Assembly (NCBI GenBank): GCA_963805065.1
Contig: CAWDSS010000017.1
Coordinates: forward strand, 726-64,725
DNA length: 64,000 bases
Direction of reading: 5' to 3'
DNA from: Candidatus Omnitrophota bacterium
Lineage (GTDB): Bacteria > Omnitrophota > Gorgyraeia > Gygaellales > Profunditerraquicolaceae
Part shown: positions 29,867 through 38,449 of the stretch, piece by piece
Layout of the letters: each line of letters starts with the position of its first letter
Numbering within the stretch: the first letter of the stretch is position 1
The notes under the pieces: generated by a model
What the model was told of the DNA's origin: nothing
What the model saw: only the letters and a program-made list of their open reading frames with translations
The model's database searches: none
Made by a program: the position numbers and the translations under genes

Positions 29867-30725
29867 CCTTAAGTATTCCTTTCAGATAATCCCCGTAACT
29901 TGTATTTATTTGTTTAGAAAGCTTCTCCAGTTGTTTCTTATTAATGTAGCCCATCCGATAAGCGACTTCTTCTATACAGCCTATTTTCAAGCCCTGCCTC
30001 TCTTCTATGGTCTTGATAAATATCGAGGCGTCGATAAGCGATTCGAATGTCCCGGTATCAAGCCAGGCATAGCCGCGGCCCAATAGCTTAACTTTCATTT
30101 TCCCTCTTTTTATGTATTCGTTGTTGACGTCTGTGATTTCCAGCTCATTCCTTGAAGAAGGCTTAATTTTCTTGGCAATTTTTACTACATCGTTATCATA
30201 AAAATACAACCCGGAAACCACCCAGTTTGATTTAGGTTTCCTGGGCTTTTCTTCTATGGAGATGACCTTACATTTATTATCAAATTCCAGGACCCCGTAC
30301 CTCTGGGGCTGGTTTACATAATAACCGAAAACCATTGCGCCGTTTTTTAAAGAAGAGCAGCTTTTCAAAATTTCACTGAGGTTGCCGCCGTAAAAAATAT
30401 TGTCTCCCAGGACCAGGCAAACAGAGTCATCCTTAATAAATTGCTCGGCAATTATGAAGCTATCTGCTATTCCTTTTGGCTCTTTTTGAACGGCATAGGA
30501 AATATGCACTCCTAATGCATTTCCATTGCCAAGCAGATCTTTAAACCTTTCGATTTCTTTGGGCGAGGAAATCAAAAGTATATCTTTAATCCCGGCAAGC
30601 ATTAAAACAGACAAAGGATAATAAATCATAGGCTTGTCGTAAATTGGAAGCAGTTGTTTACAAATGCCTTTGGTAACCGGGTATAACCTTGTTGCCTTAC
30701 CCCCTGCCAATAATATTCCTTTCAT
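29856..30725 (-). CDS. rfbA: Glucose-1-phosphate thymidylyltransferase
   Basis: MKGILLAGGKATRLYPVT, KQLLPIYDKPMIYYPLS, RGYAWLDTGTFESL. 289 aa. Confidence 0.92.
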   Translation of the reverse strand: MKGILLAGGKATRLYPVTKGICKQLLPIYDKPMIYYPLSVLMLAGIKDILLISSPKEIERFKDLLGNGNALGVHISYAVQKEPKGIADSFIIAEQFIKDDSVCLVLGDNIFYGGNLSEILKSCSSLKNGAMVFGYYVNQPQRYGVLEFDNKCKVISIEEKPRKPKSNWVVSGLYFYDNDVVKIAKKIKPSSRNELEITDVNNEYIKRGKMKVKLLGRGYAWLDTGTFESLIDASIFIKTIEERQGLKIGCIEEVAYRMGYINKKQLEKLSKQINTSYGDYLKGILKDEQ

Positions 30726-30985
30726 TTTTTTATCCTTTCCAGCTTAAAATAAAACGACAATAAAATCATTATTATCGCCAATGTAATCACATTTGCCACT
30801 ATGATTATTTTATCCCTCAAATGAAAGCCGTAAATAATCCATAAAGAAGAGCCCAGGCTTAATTGAAAAAGAGTAATCACGCTGACGTCTTTTACTGATT
30901 TTGTTTTCAAGACTTTAATAATCTGCGGCACAAAAGAAAACATGGTTAATGTTGCCGCCGCCGCTCCAATCAATGTCCAATACAT
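30722..30985 (-). CDS. SemiSWEET / PQ-loop family small membrane protein
   Basis: 87 aa, three TM helices, and PQ motif in TMFSFVPQIIKVLKTKS. Confidence 0.7.
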   Translation of the reverse strand: MYWTLIGAAAATLTMFSFVPQIIKVLKTKSVKDVSVITLFQLSLGSSLWIIYGFHLRDKIIIVANVITLAIIMILLSFYFKLERIKK

Positions 30986-32487
30986 TTTAGATAACCAGAG
31001 CCTCCTGCTTTTCGGAAATCGAAAATATGCCCTAAGACTTTCTTTGCTGCGCGCAAAGAGTACCTCAGGTCATCCATATCTTTTATAGAAAACAGCTTTC
31101 TTAAAATAAATTCGGGATTAAAAGAAATCTTATACATCCCCTGCACTAATTCCATGATTTTTTCATCGGAAACAGCAGTCTGCATTACCGGCTGTTTCAT
31201 ATCATAGTCGTCCCACTCTAAGCTCCTAAGCCACCCATTTTGTTTACACTCATTAAATAAAACTGTCCCCGGATAAGGAATAACCATTGTAGCCTGCATA
31301 GTATAGGCATAACCTTTATTTAATAGCCATTTTCCCAATTGTAAGGTTTTTAGCGCATCTTCGTAACTTTCCCAGGGATAGCCAAACATAATTGTTATAT
31401 GCGGGTACAACCCTGCTTTTGTGGCAAGTTTACATCCGTCTATGATATCCTGAACTTTGAGATTTTTGTTTATCCTGTCTAAGGTGCCTTGATTTGCGGA
31501 TTCCAACCCGAACAAGATCAACCGAAAGCCGGATTTTTTCATCAACCGGTAATCCTGCTCAGTCAAAATACCAAAACGCATATTACAGTCTAAATAAATT
31601 TTTTTGTTATAGCCGGCTGAAATCATGCCGTTACAAAATTCTTTCAGCCAATCTCCTACAGGAAATGTCCCCGAATCATCCATAATTTCACGGATCTGGT
31701 ATCTATAAATAAGCGTGCCTATCTCATTTAATACATTATTGGCATTGCGGGTGCGAAACCTGGGATACAATTGACTCCAGGCGCAGAAACTACACTTTCC
31801 CCACCAGCAGTCTCTTGCGGACATAATATATGTCCCGGGGATTCTTTTATAATTGCCGTTTTTAGAGGAATAGAGTTTCCACTTGGTCAGATCACGGTCG
31901 ATAAATGGCAGGTTATTTAAATCGTGGTTAAGCTGGAATTGTCCGGTGTTCTTTATTTGGCCGTTTTCGCGATAATATATCCCCGGCTCTAAAATCGGGT
32001 TTCCGGTTTTTGGACCTCGGCCTTCATAATAAGAAATGTATTGGCAGAGGTTTGAAAGCAAAAAGTCGTAGTCCCCGCCGGTTATAACAAAATCTACCTG
32101 GGAATTCTGAAATGACTCCTCGGGCAGGGCTGTAACGTGGTCTCCGAATAAAATAGTTGTCAGTTTCCAGTTGTCAGTTTCCAGTTTTTTCAAATCATTA
32201 ATAACCTTCCAATGCTGCCTGATAACCGGGGTTTTAGTCTCGAAGGCAATTAAATCGGGTTTTTCTGCCTGAACAAAATCCATAAATTGCTGATAAGAGG
32301 TGCCTTCGGCAATGCAATCATTCCAGATGACCTCGTGCCCTGCTTTGCTAAGTAAAGTGGCGGCGGTTGCCGGGACAACAGGATATATATAAGTAGGTTC
32401 CTTGAAGAATTGAAGCTGGCGGTTTTGGCCTAAGGTTGGATAACCCTTTTGGTTAGTTAAAGGAGGATATGAAATAATTATTTTCAC
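30970..32487 (-). CDS. B12-binding-domain radical SAM protein with non-canonical Cx4Cx2C spacing
   Basis: N-terminal B12-like domain (ILFGDHVTALPE). The cluster motif is SARDCWWGKCSFCAW, with four residues between the first two Cys. Confidence 0.8.
   Translation of the reverse strand: MKIIISYPPLTNQKGYPTLGQNRQLQFFKEPTYIYPVVPATAATLLSKAGHEVIWNDCIAEGTSYQQFMDFVQAEKPDLIAFETKTPVIRQHWKVINDLKKLETDNWKLTTILFGDHVTALPEESFQNSQVDFVITGGDYDFLLSNLCQYISYYEGRGPKTGNPILEPGIYYRENGQIKNTGQFQLNHDLNNLPFIDRDLTKWKLYSSKNGNYKRIPGTYIMSARDCWWGKCSFCAWSQLYPRFRTRNANNVLNEIGTLIYRYQIREIMDDSGTFPVGDWLKEFCNGMISAGYNKKIYLDCNMRFGILTEQDYRLMKKSGFRLILFGLESANQGTLDRINKNLKVQDIIDGCKLATKAGLYPHITIMFGYPWESYEDALKTLQLGKWLLNKGYAYTMQATMVIPYPGTVLFNECKQNGWLRSLEWDDYDMKQPVMQTAVSDEKIMELVQGMYKISFNPEFILRKLFSIKDMDDLRYSLRAAKKVLGHIFDFRKAGGSGYLKCIGH
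32159..32186. repeat. Perfect 14-nt tandem duplication (GTCAGTTTCCAGTT x2) inside the rSAM CDS
   Basis: Read directly. With the preceding aatAGTT it forms five NNCAGTT-type heptamers (32152-32186). Encodes K-L-E-T-D-N-W-K-L-T-T. Confidence 0.9.
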
Positions 32488-32496
32488 CGGTAAAAT

Positions 32497-33465
32497 TTAT
32501 TGTTTCTCTTCGGGAAGCCCCCTGGAGAGTAGACCTTTCATAAAATAAAACCCATAGCCGATGTGAGTGATAATTATACCAAAAAAAACCAGAGGAATCA
32601 AGCGTAACTCTTTAGAAATACTAAAGATAAAGACCAAAAGAAGATAGAAAAATACCCCTAACAAATACATAATCAAAAAGAGAGGAAAGATTGCAGATAA
32701 TATTATTCCTCCCGCTATAAAAAATAAAAATATGGAAGGGACAAAATAAGCAAATTTAAAAGAAGTAGCAGGGAATTTCTTTGCGAAATACCCCCTGTGG
32801 AGCGCGTAGCTTACAACCTGTTTAAAATGCGATTTGAATAAGGGCCTGCGATGGTGCCAAACCAGGACTTGGGGATCATAAATTATTTTTTTGCCAAGCT
32901 TAGCGGTAATATCCAGGCATAATTTAGTATCTTCACCGGGCCAAAAACGCGTATCAAAACCCCCGATTTCTTGCATAATGGTTTTACGGATAAAAAAATT
33001 GCAGCTGGGGTAGTCAACCACTTCCTGCTTATGCTTAGATATGTAGCGGTAGGTATATTTTCCGCTCACTAAAGCACAGCTATAAACTGCACCGCTTGCC
33101 CTCTGAAGCAAACTATCATCGGGCGGGGTAATTGCCGGCCCGCCTACCGCAGCAACACTTTCATCCTTAAAATGCAGCAGTGCGTTTTTGAGCCAATCTT
33201 TTCTGGGATAAGCATCGTCGTCGATGAACGCCAGTATTTCACCCTTGGTGTGGCTCAAGGCAATATCCCTTTTTTGCGCAGGGCCTACTTCACCTGTAGG
33301 AATAATCTTAACAGGGACAGTCCCCTTCAGGGACAATCCCTGTTCATCTTTATCAGGCAAAATCAGGATTTCGAATTCAGAAAAATCAAGCTCCTGGCAT
33401 GCCTTTACGCATTCTTCTAAATTCTTTTGCCAAGTTTTTACGGCGATGATAATCGATACGGTCAT
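32497..33465 (-). CDS. Glycosyltransferase family 2 with C-terminal TM segments
   Basis: VSIIIAVKTWQKNLEECVKAC...FEILILPD...ILAFIDDDAYP (DxD region), followed by hydrophobic C-terminal helices. Confidence 0.8.
   Translation of the reverse strand: MTVSIIIAVKTWQKNLEECVKACQELDFSEFEILILPDKDEQGLSLKGTVPVKIIPTGEVGPAQKRDIALSHTKGEILAFIDDDAYPRKDWLKNALLHFKDESVAAVGGPAITPPDDSLLQRASGAVYSCALVSGKYTYRYISKHKQEVVDYPSCNFFIRKTIMQEIGGFDTRFWPGEDTKLCLDITAKLGKKIIYDPQVLVWHHRRPLFKSHFKQVVSYALHRGYFAKKFPATSFKFAYFVPSIFLFFIAGGIILSAIFPLFLIMYLLGVFFYLLLVFIFSISKELRLIPLVFFGIIITHIGYGFYFMKGLLSRGLPEEKQ
33312..33342. repeat. GGGAC hairpin element, copy 4 (inside the GT2 CDS)
   Basis: caGGGACAGTCCCCTTCAGGGACAATCCCtg. Translated as Q-G-L-S-L-K-G-T-V-P-V. 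Confidence 0.9.
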
Positions 33466-34195
33466 AGTATTTTAATATATACATCCTGTACCAGACTGCC
33501 AAGGTATCCCATGTTGTGCTAAAAACCGCCCCGAACCCTATTCTGCCAAAACTCCTCTGCGGGTTAAGAATTATCGGGGCTTCAGTGATACGATAACCCA
33601 AATGATGCGCATTCACCAGGACTTCCAGGTCAAAAGCAAATTTTTTCACCAGGATCCTGGGCATTACCTCGCGTAATACCTGTGTTTTAAACAACTTTAA
33701 GCCTGTTTGAGTATCATGGCAGGGAAGATTAAATAATGTTTTGATTAAAAAATAATACCCGAGGCTGAATATTTTACGCTGGAGAGGATAACTGACTATC
33801 GAATTAGGGTGCAATTTAGAACCTATGACGATATCCGCATTGTCCAAACGCATAATATCAAAAAGCGTTTGCACCTGCAAAGGGTGTAAATCCATATCCG
33901 CATCTAAAAACACTATGTAATCGCCCCGTATATAATGCATTGCCTTTTTTATTGCCCTGCCTTTTCCCAGGTTAAGGGGATTTTTTTTTGCGATAATTTG
34001 ACCGGGGTATTTTTTAGACAATTCCAATGCTTTTTCAAAAGTATCATCGGTTGAACCGTCATCCAGCAAAATTATTTCCCAGGAACAGCCGAATTCATTA
34101 AAAGTCTTTACTACCTCTTCCAAATTCTGCTCTATCCTCTCCGCCTCATTATAAGCCGGAATGACAATGGAAACTTTTTCTTTCAAGTCTTTCAT
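33386..34195 (-). CDS. Glycosyltransferase family 2, polyprenol-phosphate glycosyltransferase (DPM1/GtrB)-like
   Basis: VSIVIPAYNEAERIEQNLEEV...EIILLDDGSTDDT...GKGRAIKKAM...IVFLDADMD. The last 80 nt overlap the next ORF. Confidence 0.8.
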   Translation of the reverse strand: MKDLKEKVSIVIPAYNEAERIEQNLEEVVKTFNEFGCSWEIILLDDGSTDDTFEKALELSKKYPGQIIAKKNPLNLGKGRAIKKAMHYIRGDYIVFLDADMDLHPLQVQTLFDIMRLDNADIVIGSKLHPNSIVSYPLQRKIFSLGYYFLIKTLFNLPCHDTQTGLKLFKTQVLREVMPRILVKKFAFDLEVLVNAHHLGYRITEAPIILNPQRSFGRIGFGAVFSTTWDTLAVWYRMYILKYYDRIDYHRRKNLAKEFRRMRKGMPGA

Positions 34196-35424
34196 TTCTT
34201 AAATGCCAGGTTTAAATGAATCAAAAAAAGCATAACGGCAGTTATGCAAAGTATCTGCTGGACCTGAAAAAGGCTGTTATGAAATACCGCAACAGCCAGG
34301 GATTCAAACAATGTGAAAAAAACCAGATATTTGATAAAACGCAGGTCTTTTACGGACAAAAAATAGGTAATCAAAACAAATGTGAGGGTGAAAAAAACCA
34401 TGGAGAAGCTAAATAACCTGCCCAGCAGTATGCATTCCACAGAAGCTTTACCGGTAAGGATCCTTAAGATAAGCGATGGGAATAAATTGTAAGTTAAGGC
34501 TGCCAGGATACATAAAATTGCAGCGTAAAGAAGCGACCTTCTTAAAGTTGAGCGCGTATCCAAATTTTTAGCATTTAAGCCGGAGATCCTCGGAAACATT
34601 ACTATGCTTATTGCTCCAGGTAAAAATAAAAAAATCTTTCCTACCATCTGCGCCAGGGAATATATCCCTGAATCCTGGGAGGCAAAAAAGTATTTTACCA
34701 AAATCATGTCTATATTTACCAGATACATGAAACAAAAGGTACTTACTGTTATCGGCAAAATATATGCTAAAATCTCTCTGAAATTTACTTCCTCTTCGTA
34801 GTTTACTTTTATAAAGTAATGTCTCAACGGGATAACCGATATTAAAATACCGATTATACCGGACGCCAAGAACCCTCCTAAGGCGCCTGCCAAGCCAAAC
34901 CCCATCATAACAAATGCAATTATCAAGGCCAGTTTCAAGACCGACGGTAATACCTGGATAAAAGCTAACCATTTGAATAACTCAAGGCCTTGAGTAGCTC
35001 CTAAAAACACAGGAGATATCCATGATAAGGCAAGTAGGAGTGTCAAAACATACCCGCACGATTGTGAAGGAATCTTAAGTTTTTCTAGTATGTGAGGCGA
35101 TAAAAAATAAAATAAGATCAATGTCAGAAGAGCTAAGCCGGCCGCATTCTTTGTGGTTCTTGCCAATAGGACCTTTATCTTATTAACCTGACTATGGGCG
35201 TTGAATTCAGAACTGTATTTGGCTACGGCTGTCTGTAACGTACTTAAGGGCGCCGAAACCAGAACAACAATAGAGAGTAAAGCATTAAATGCGGCGAAAT
35301 CAGGAGGGCTAAACCTATGTGCTATAAATAACTGACAAACAAGACTAAATAAATTAACTAAAGAACTGCTTATAAAGATAAGAATTATATTCTTACTGAA
35401 AATATCTATGTTTCTTGTGGGCAT
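34192..35424 (-). CDS. MOP-superfamily flippase-like membrane protein
   Basis: 410 aa, about 12 TM segments, 4-nt overlap with the downstream GT2. Assignment is by topology and context. Confidence 0.6.
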   Translation of the reverse strand: MPTRNIDIFSKNIILIFISSSLVNLFSLVCQLFIAHRFSPPDFAAFNALLSIVVLVSAPLSTLQTAVAKYSSEFNAHSQVNKIKVLLARTTKNAAGLALLTLILFYFLSPHILEKLKIPSQSCGYVLTLLLALSWISPVFLGATQGLELFKWLAFIQVLPSVLKLALIIAFVMMGFGLAGALGGFLASGIIGILISVIPLRHYFIKVNYEEEVNFREILAYILPITVSTFCFMYLVNIDMILVKYFFASQDSGIYSLAQMVGKIFLFLPGAISIVMFPRISGLNAKNLDTRSTLRRSLLYAAILCILAALTYNLFPSLILRILTGKASVECILLGRLFSFSMVFFTLTFVLITYFLSVKDLRFIKYLVFFTLFESLAVAVFHNSLFQVQQILCITAVMLFLIHLNLAFKK

Positions 35425-35427
35425 GAA

Positions 35428-36597
35428 TTAATTCTTTTCTAATTTCAAAAACCTTCTCTTGCCAACCTTGACTATGCCTTCTTTATCAATAACTGCGTCC
35501 TCCTTATCAATACGCTTACCGTCAAAATAAACACCTCCCTGTTTTATCAGGCGGCGGGCCTCATTGCGTGATTCTATAAGCCTGCTATCGATGAGAATAT
35601 CGATTATATTTAAGCTCTTGCCCTTTAGATTATATGCGGGTAAATTCTGCGGGACTTCACCCTGGCTGAATACCTGGTTAAATTCATTTCTTGCTTTTTC
35701 AGCTGATTCTTTGCCATGATATTGAGAGGTAATAATTCCGGCGAGGCGTAACTTGGCTTCTTTAGGATGTATTTGTTTTACCTTATCTAAAGGCTCATCA
35801 GTAAGCAAGGTGTAATATTTAATCATCAACTCATCTGTTATGGACATTATTTTACCGAATATTTCTTCTGCCGATTCATTAATCCCTATGTAGTTTCCCA
35901 AAGACTTACTCATTTTTTGCACGCCGTCAGTCCCCTCAAGAAGAGGCATAGTGATAACTACCTGGGGAGATTGAGTGAAATCTTTTTGCAGCTCCCGCCC
36001 GAATAAAAGATTAAAAATCTGGTCTGTGCCTCCTAATTCTATATCGGCTTTAAGCATAACCGAATCATACCCCTGCATTAGTGGATAAAGAAATTCAAGG
36101 ATTGAGATATTTTCTCCATTTGTAAAACGCTTCTTAAAATCATCCCGCGCAAGCATCTGGGATACTGAAGCATGCGTAGTAAGTTTTAACATATCTACTA
36201 TAGGCATTTTCTCAAACCATTTACTGTTAAACACTATCTTCAACTTATGGATATCAAGAATTTGGGAAACCTGCTTTTTATAGGTGAGGGCGTTTTTAGC
36301 GACTTCTTCTTTGGTAAGTTGCTTACGAATTTCTGAACGTCCGGTGGGGTCTCCAATCTGGCCGGTAAAATCACCAATCAGGAAATAAACTTGGTGGCCT
36401 AAATCCTGGAACTGCCGCAGCTTATTAAGCAGCACAGTATGGCCCAAATGTATATCCGGCGCAGTAGGGTCAAATCCGGCTTTAATAACCAGGGGCCTGT
36501 TTTCCTGCAGCTTCTTTTTAAGCTCATCTTCCGAGATAATATCAACTGCTCCCCGCTTGATAATTTCTAGTTGCTTATTTACATCAATTTTTTGCAT
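35428..36597 (-). CDS. tyrS: Tyrosine--tRNA ligase
   Basis: HIGH motif [18 protein letters not shown] motif KMSKSLGN, and a C-terminal S4-like domain ([21 protein letters not shown]). Confidence 0.95.
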   Translation of the reverse strand: MQKIDVNKQLEIIKRGAVDIISEDELKKKLQENRPLVIKAGFDPTAPDIHLGHTVLLNKLRQFQDLGHQVYFLIGDFTGQIGDPTGRSEIRKQLTKEEVAKNALTYKKQVSQILDIHKLKIVFNSKWFEKMPIVDMLKLTTHASVSQMLARDDFKKRFTNGENISILEFLYPLMQGYDSVMLKADIELGGTDQIFNLLFGRELQKDFTQSPQVVITMPLLEGTDGVQKMSKSLGNYIGINESAEEIFGKIMSITDELMIKYYTLLTDEPLDKVKQIHPKEAKLRLAGIITSQYHGKESAEKARNEFNQVFSQGEVPQNLPAYNLKGKSLNIIDILIDSRLIESRNEARRLIKQGGVYFDGKRIDKEDAVIDKEGIVKVGKRRFLKLEKN

Positions 36598-36612
36598 ATG
36601 TCTCTCACTTTA

Positions 36613-36717
36613 GGGACACCCTCGATTTCAAAGCAAAGGGTATCCCCATGGTTTAAAACGGGGACACCCTGCCGATTAGTTTCAAGGGTGTCCCTCGATT
36701 GAATTACTGGGTGTCCC
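36613..36717 (-). promoter_or_regulatory. Five copies of a 9-mer (GGGACACCC / GGGTGTCCC / GGGTATCCC) filling the rpsA-tyrS intergenic region; includes a terminator-like hairpin
   Basis: Plus-strand copies lie at 36613-21, 36638-46 (variant), 36661-69, 36686-94 and 36709-17. On the minus-strand RNA, GGGACACCC(36694-86)/GGGUGUCCC(36669-61) forms a 9-bp hairpin followed by GUUUUAAA. The variant copy pairs via a G-U wobble only on the minus-strand transcript. Confidence 0.55.
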
Positions 36718-38255
36718 TAGATTTTGGCGGAGAGGCCGATTTTAGCCTGCTCAACATCCACTTTAATTACCTTGGCTTTAACTTTATCTCCCGCTTTTAA
36801 TTGCGCTGCTTGTTCTTTGTCTATTTCACTGGAATAAATCAAACCCTCAAGGTCTTCTTCAATTTTCACAAACACGCCAAAATCAGTAATGCTTATGACC
36901 TCGGCTTCCAAGACAGTATCCAAAGGATACTTAGTGGCTATGTCAGGCCAGGGATTAGGCTGCAGTTGTTTTAACCCTAAAGCAATACGGCGGTTTTTAC
37001 TGTCCACGGAAAGCACAACTACATCTACTTTCTGCCCTTTTTTCAAAACATCCTGCGGGTGGGCAATGCGCTTGGTCCATGATATATCAGAAACATGAAT
37101 CATCCCTTCCAAGTTGCTATCCAGCTCAACGAATGCGCCATAATCAGTGAATCCCCTTACCTTACCGGGAACCTTAGTCCCGGAGGGATATTTATTTTCA
37201 GCATCAATCCAGGGATTCTGCTCCAGTTGTTTAAGGCTAAGCGATATCCTACGGGCTTCTCTGTCTACGTTTAAAACCTGGGTTTCTACGATATCGCCAA
37301 CGGCAAACATTTCGCTGGGATTGCTTACCCTTGTCCATGAGATCTCTGAAACATGAATCAAACCCTCAATGCCTTTTTCTAATTCCACAAACACACCATA
37401 CGCAACGATATTTACTACCTTGCCCTTGACTTTAGTAGCCACGGAATATTTCGCCTCGATATCCTGCCAGGGGTCGGGTAAACGTTGTTTTAACCCCAGG
37501 GAAATTTTTCCCGATTCCCTGTCCAGGTTAAGAATCATCACTTCAATCTTATCCCCGAGAGCAACGATTTCCGAAGGATGGCTTATTTTGGACCACGACA
37601 TATCGGTAATATGCAAAAGCCCATCCACTCCGCCCAGGTCTATAAATGCGCCGAAATCGGTTATTGCCTTTACAGTGCCCGGGTGAATCGTCCCAACTTT
37701 TAAATCCTGCCAAATTTTATCCTTGGCAAATTCTTTTTCTTTCTGCACAGCTTCTCTGCGGGAAAGTATAATGCTTCGCCTTAAATTATTTACCTTGACG
37801 ATTTTAAAATGATATGGCTTATACATAATGTCTTTGTCGGTAACTCCCTTAAATGCCGAAAGCGAAGAAGGCAAGAACCCTTCCACGCCCATAACGTCTA
37901 CCAGGAATCCGCCCTTTACCTTTTTAACGGGTCTACCCTCTACCAACTCTCCGGTCTGGGAAAACTTTACAATCTTATCCCAGCCTTGAATTCGGATAGC
38001 CTTTTCCCTGGACAAGGCGATTATGCCGGCATCATTCTCAATGGATTCCACAAAGAAATCTAATTCTTTGCCTACTTCAAGATCTGCCTGGCTGAATTCA
38101 TTGATGGCAACAATTCCCTCTGATTTGAATCCTACGTCCACCAATACTTCTTTTGTCTTTATTGATACTATTTTGCCTTGCACTACCTGGTTCTCTCTGA
38201 TTATTTTGATACTTTGGTTATACAACTGCTCCATATCCGTTTTTGTTTCTGTCAT
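36717..38255 (-). CDS. rpsA: 30S ribosomal protein S1
   Basis: 512 aa with six S1-domain repeats (GxVxxxxxFGAFVxL...GLxHxSE pattern recurs, e.g. GTVKAITDFGAFIDLGGVDGLLHITDMS). Confidence 0.95.
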   Translation of the reverse strand: MTETKTDMEQLYNQSIKIIRENQVVQGKIVSIKTKEVLVDVGFKSEGIVAINEFSQADLEVGKELDFFVESIENDAGIIALSREKAIRIQGWDKIVKFSQTGELVEGRPVKKVKGGFLVDVMGVEGFLPSSLSAFKGVTDKDIMYKPYHFKIVKVNNLRRSIILSRREAVQKEKEFAKDKIWQDLKVGTIHPGTVKAITDFGAFIDLGGVDGLLHITDMSWSKISHPSEIVALGDKIEVMILNLDRESGKISLGLKQRLPDPWQDIEAKYSVATKVKGKVVNIVAYGVFVELEKGIEGLIHVSEISWTRVSNPSEMFAVGDIVETQVLNVDREARRISLSLKQLEQNPWIDAENKYPSGTKVPGKVRGFTDYGAFVELDSNLEGMIHVSDISWTKRIAHPQDVLKKGQKVDVVVLSVDSKNRRIALGLKQLQPNPWPDIATKYPLDTVLEAEVISITDFGVFVKIEEDLEGLIYSSEIDKEQAAQLKAGDKVKAKVIKVDVEQAKIGLSAKI

Positions 38256-38324
38256 TTTAATTCTCCTCGATTTAACGCAGCCTTTGGCGCTGCCTCTGGC
38301 ATTTAATGGTTAATTTTTATTTTT

Positions 38325-38350
38325 GACTTTTGGCTTTTAACTTTTAACTT
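38325..38350. repeat. Heptamer tandem array (GACTTTT GGCTTTT AACTTTT AACTT) in the rpsA upstream region
   Basis: Read directly. Same unit family as the array at 49209-49243. Confidence 0.8.
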
Positions 38351-38389
38351 AAAAAAACACCTCCCTTATCAAGAATTTTTCAAAAATAT

Positions 38390-38443
38390 GGGGACGTTTC
38401 TATTTTTCTGCTGACAGGAGACGTAAAAAATAGAAACGTCCCC
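38390..38443 (-). terminator. 54-nt perfect-stem hairpin (18-bp stem), copy 1; likely plsC terminator
   Basis: GGGGACGTTTCTATTTTT-18 nt-AAAAATAGAAACGTCCCC. It starts 6 nt after the plsC stop. On the minus-strand RNA it is followed by AUAUUUUUG. Confidence 0.65.
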
Positions 38444-38449
38444 TTTTTT

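Noticed and set aside
33961-33990. A9/T9 homopolymers in other glycosyltransferase genes (33981-33989; also 16205-16213) as phase-variation tracts.
   Set aside because: A/T runs of this length are expected by composition in an AT-rich genome and encode ordinary Lys-Lys-Lys or Lys-Lys-Asn stretches. Only the C9 tract stands out against the background.
36598-36716. T-box riboswitch upstream of tyrS.
   Set aside because: The leader is only about 119 nt. It has no recognisable Stem I/specifier loop and no AAnnnGGGUGGnACCGCG T-box sequence; GGGUGUCCC is only superficially similar. It is left as something to test with the Rfam model.
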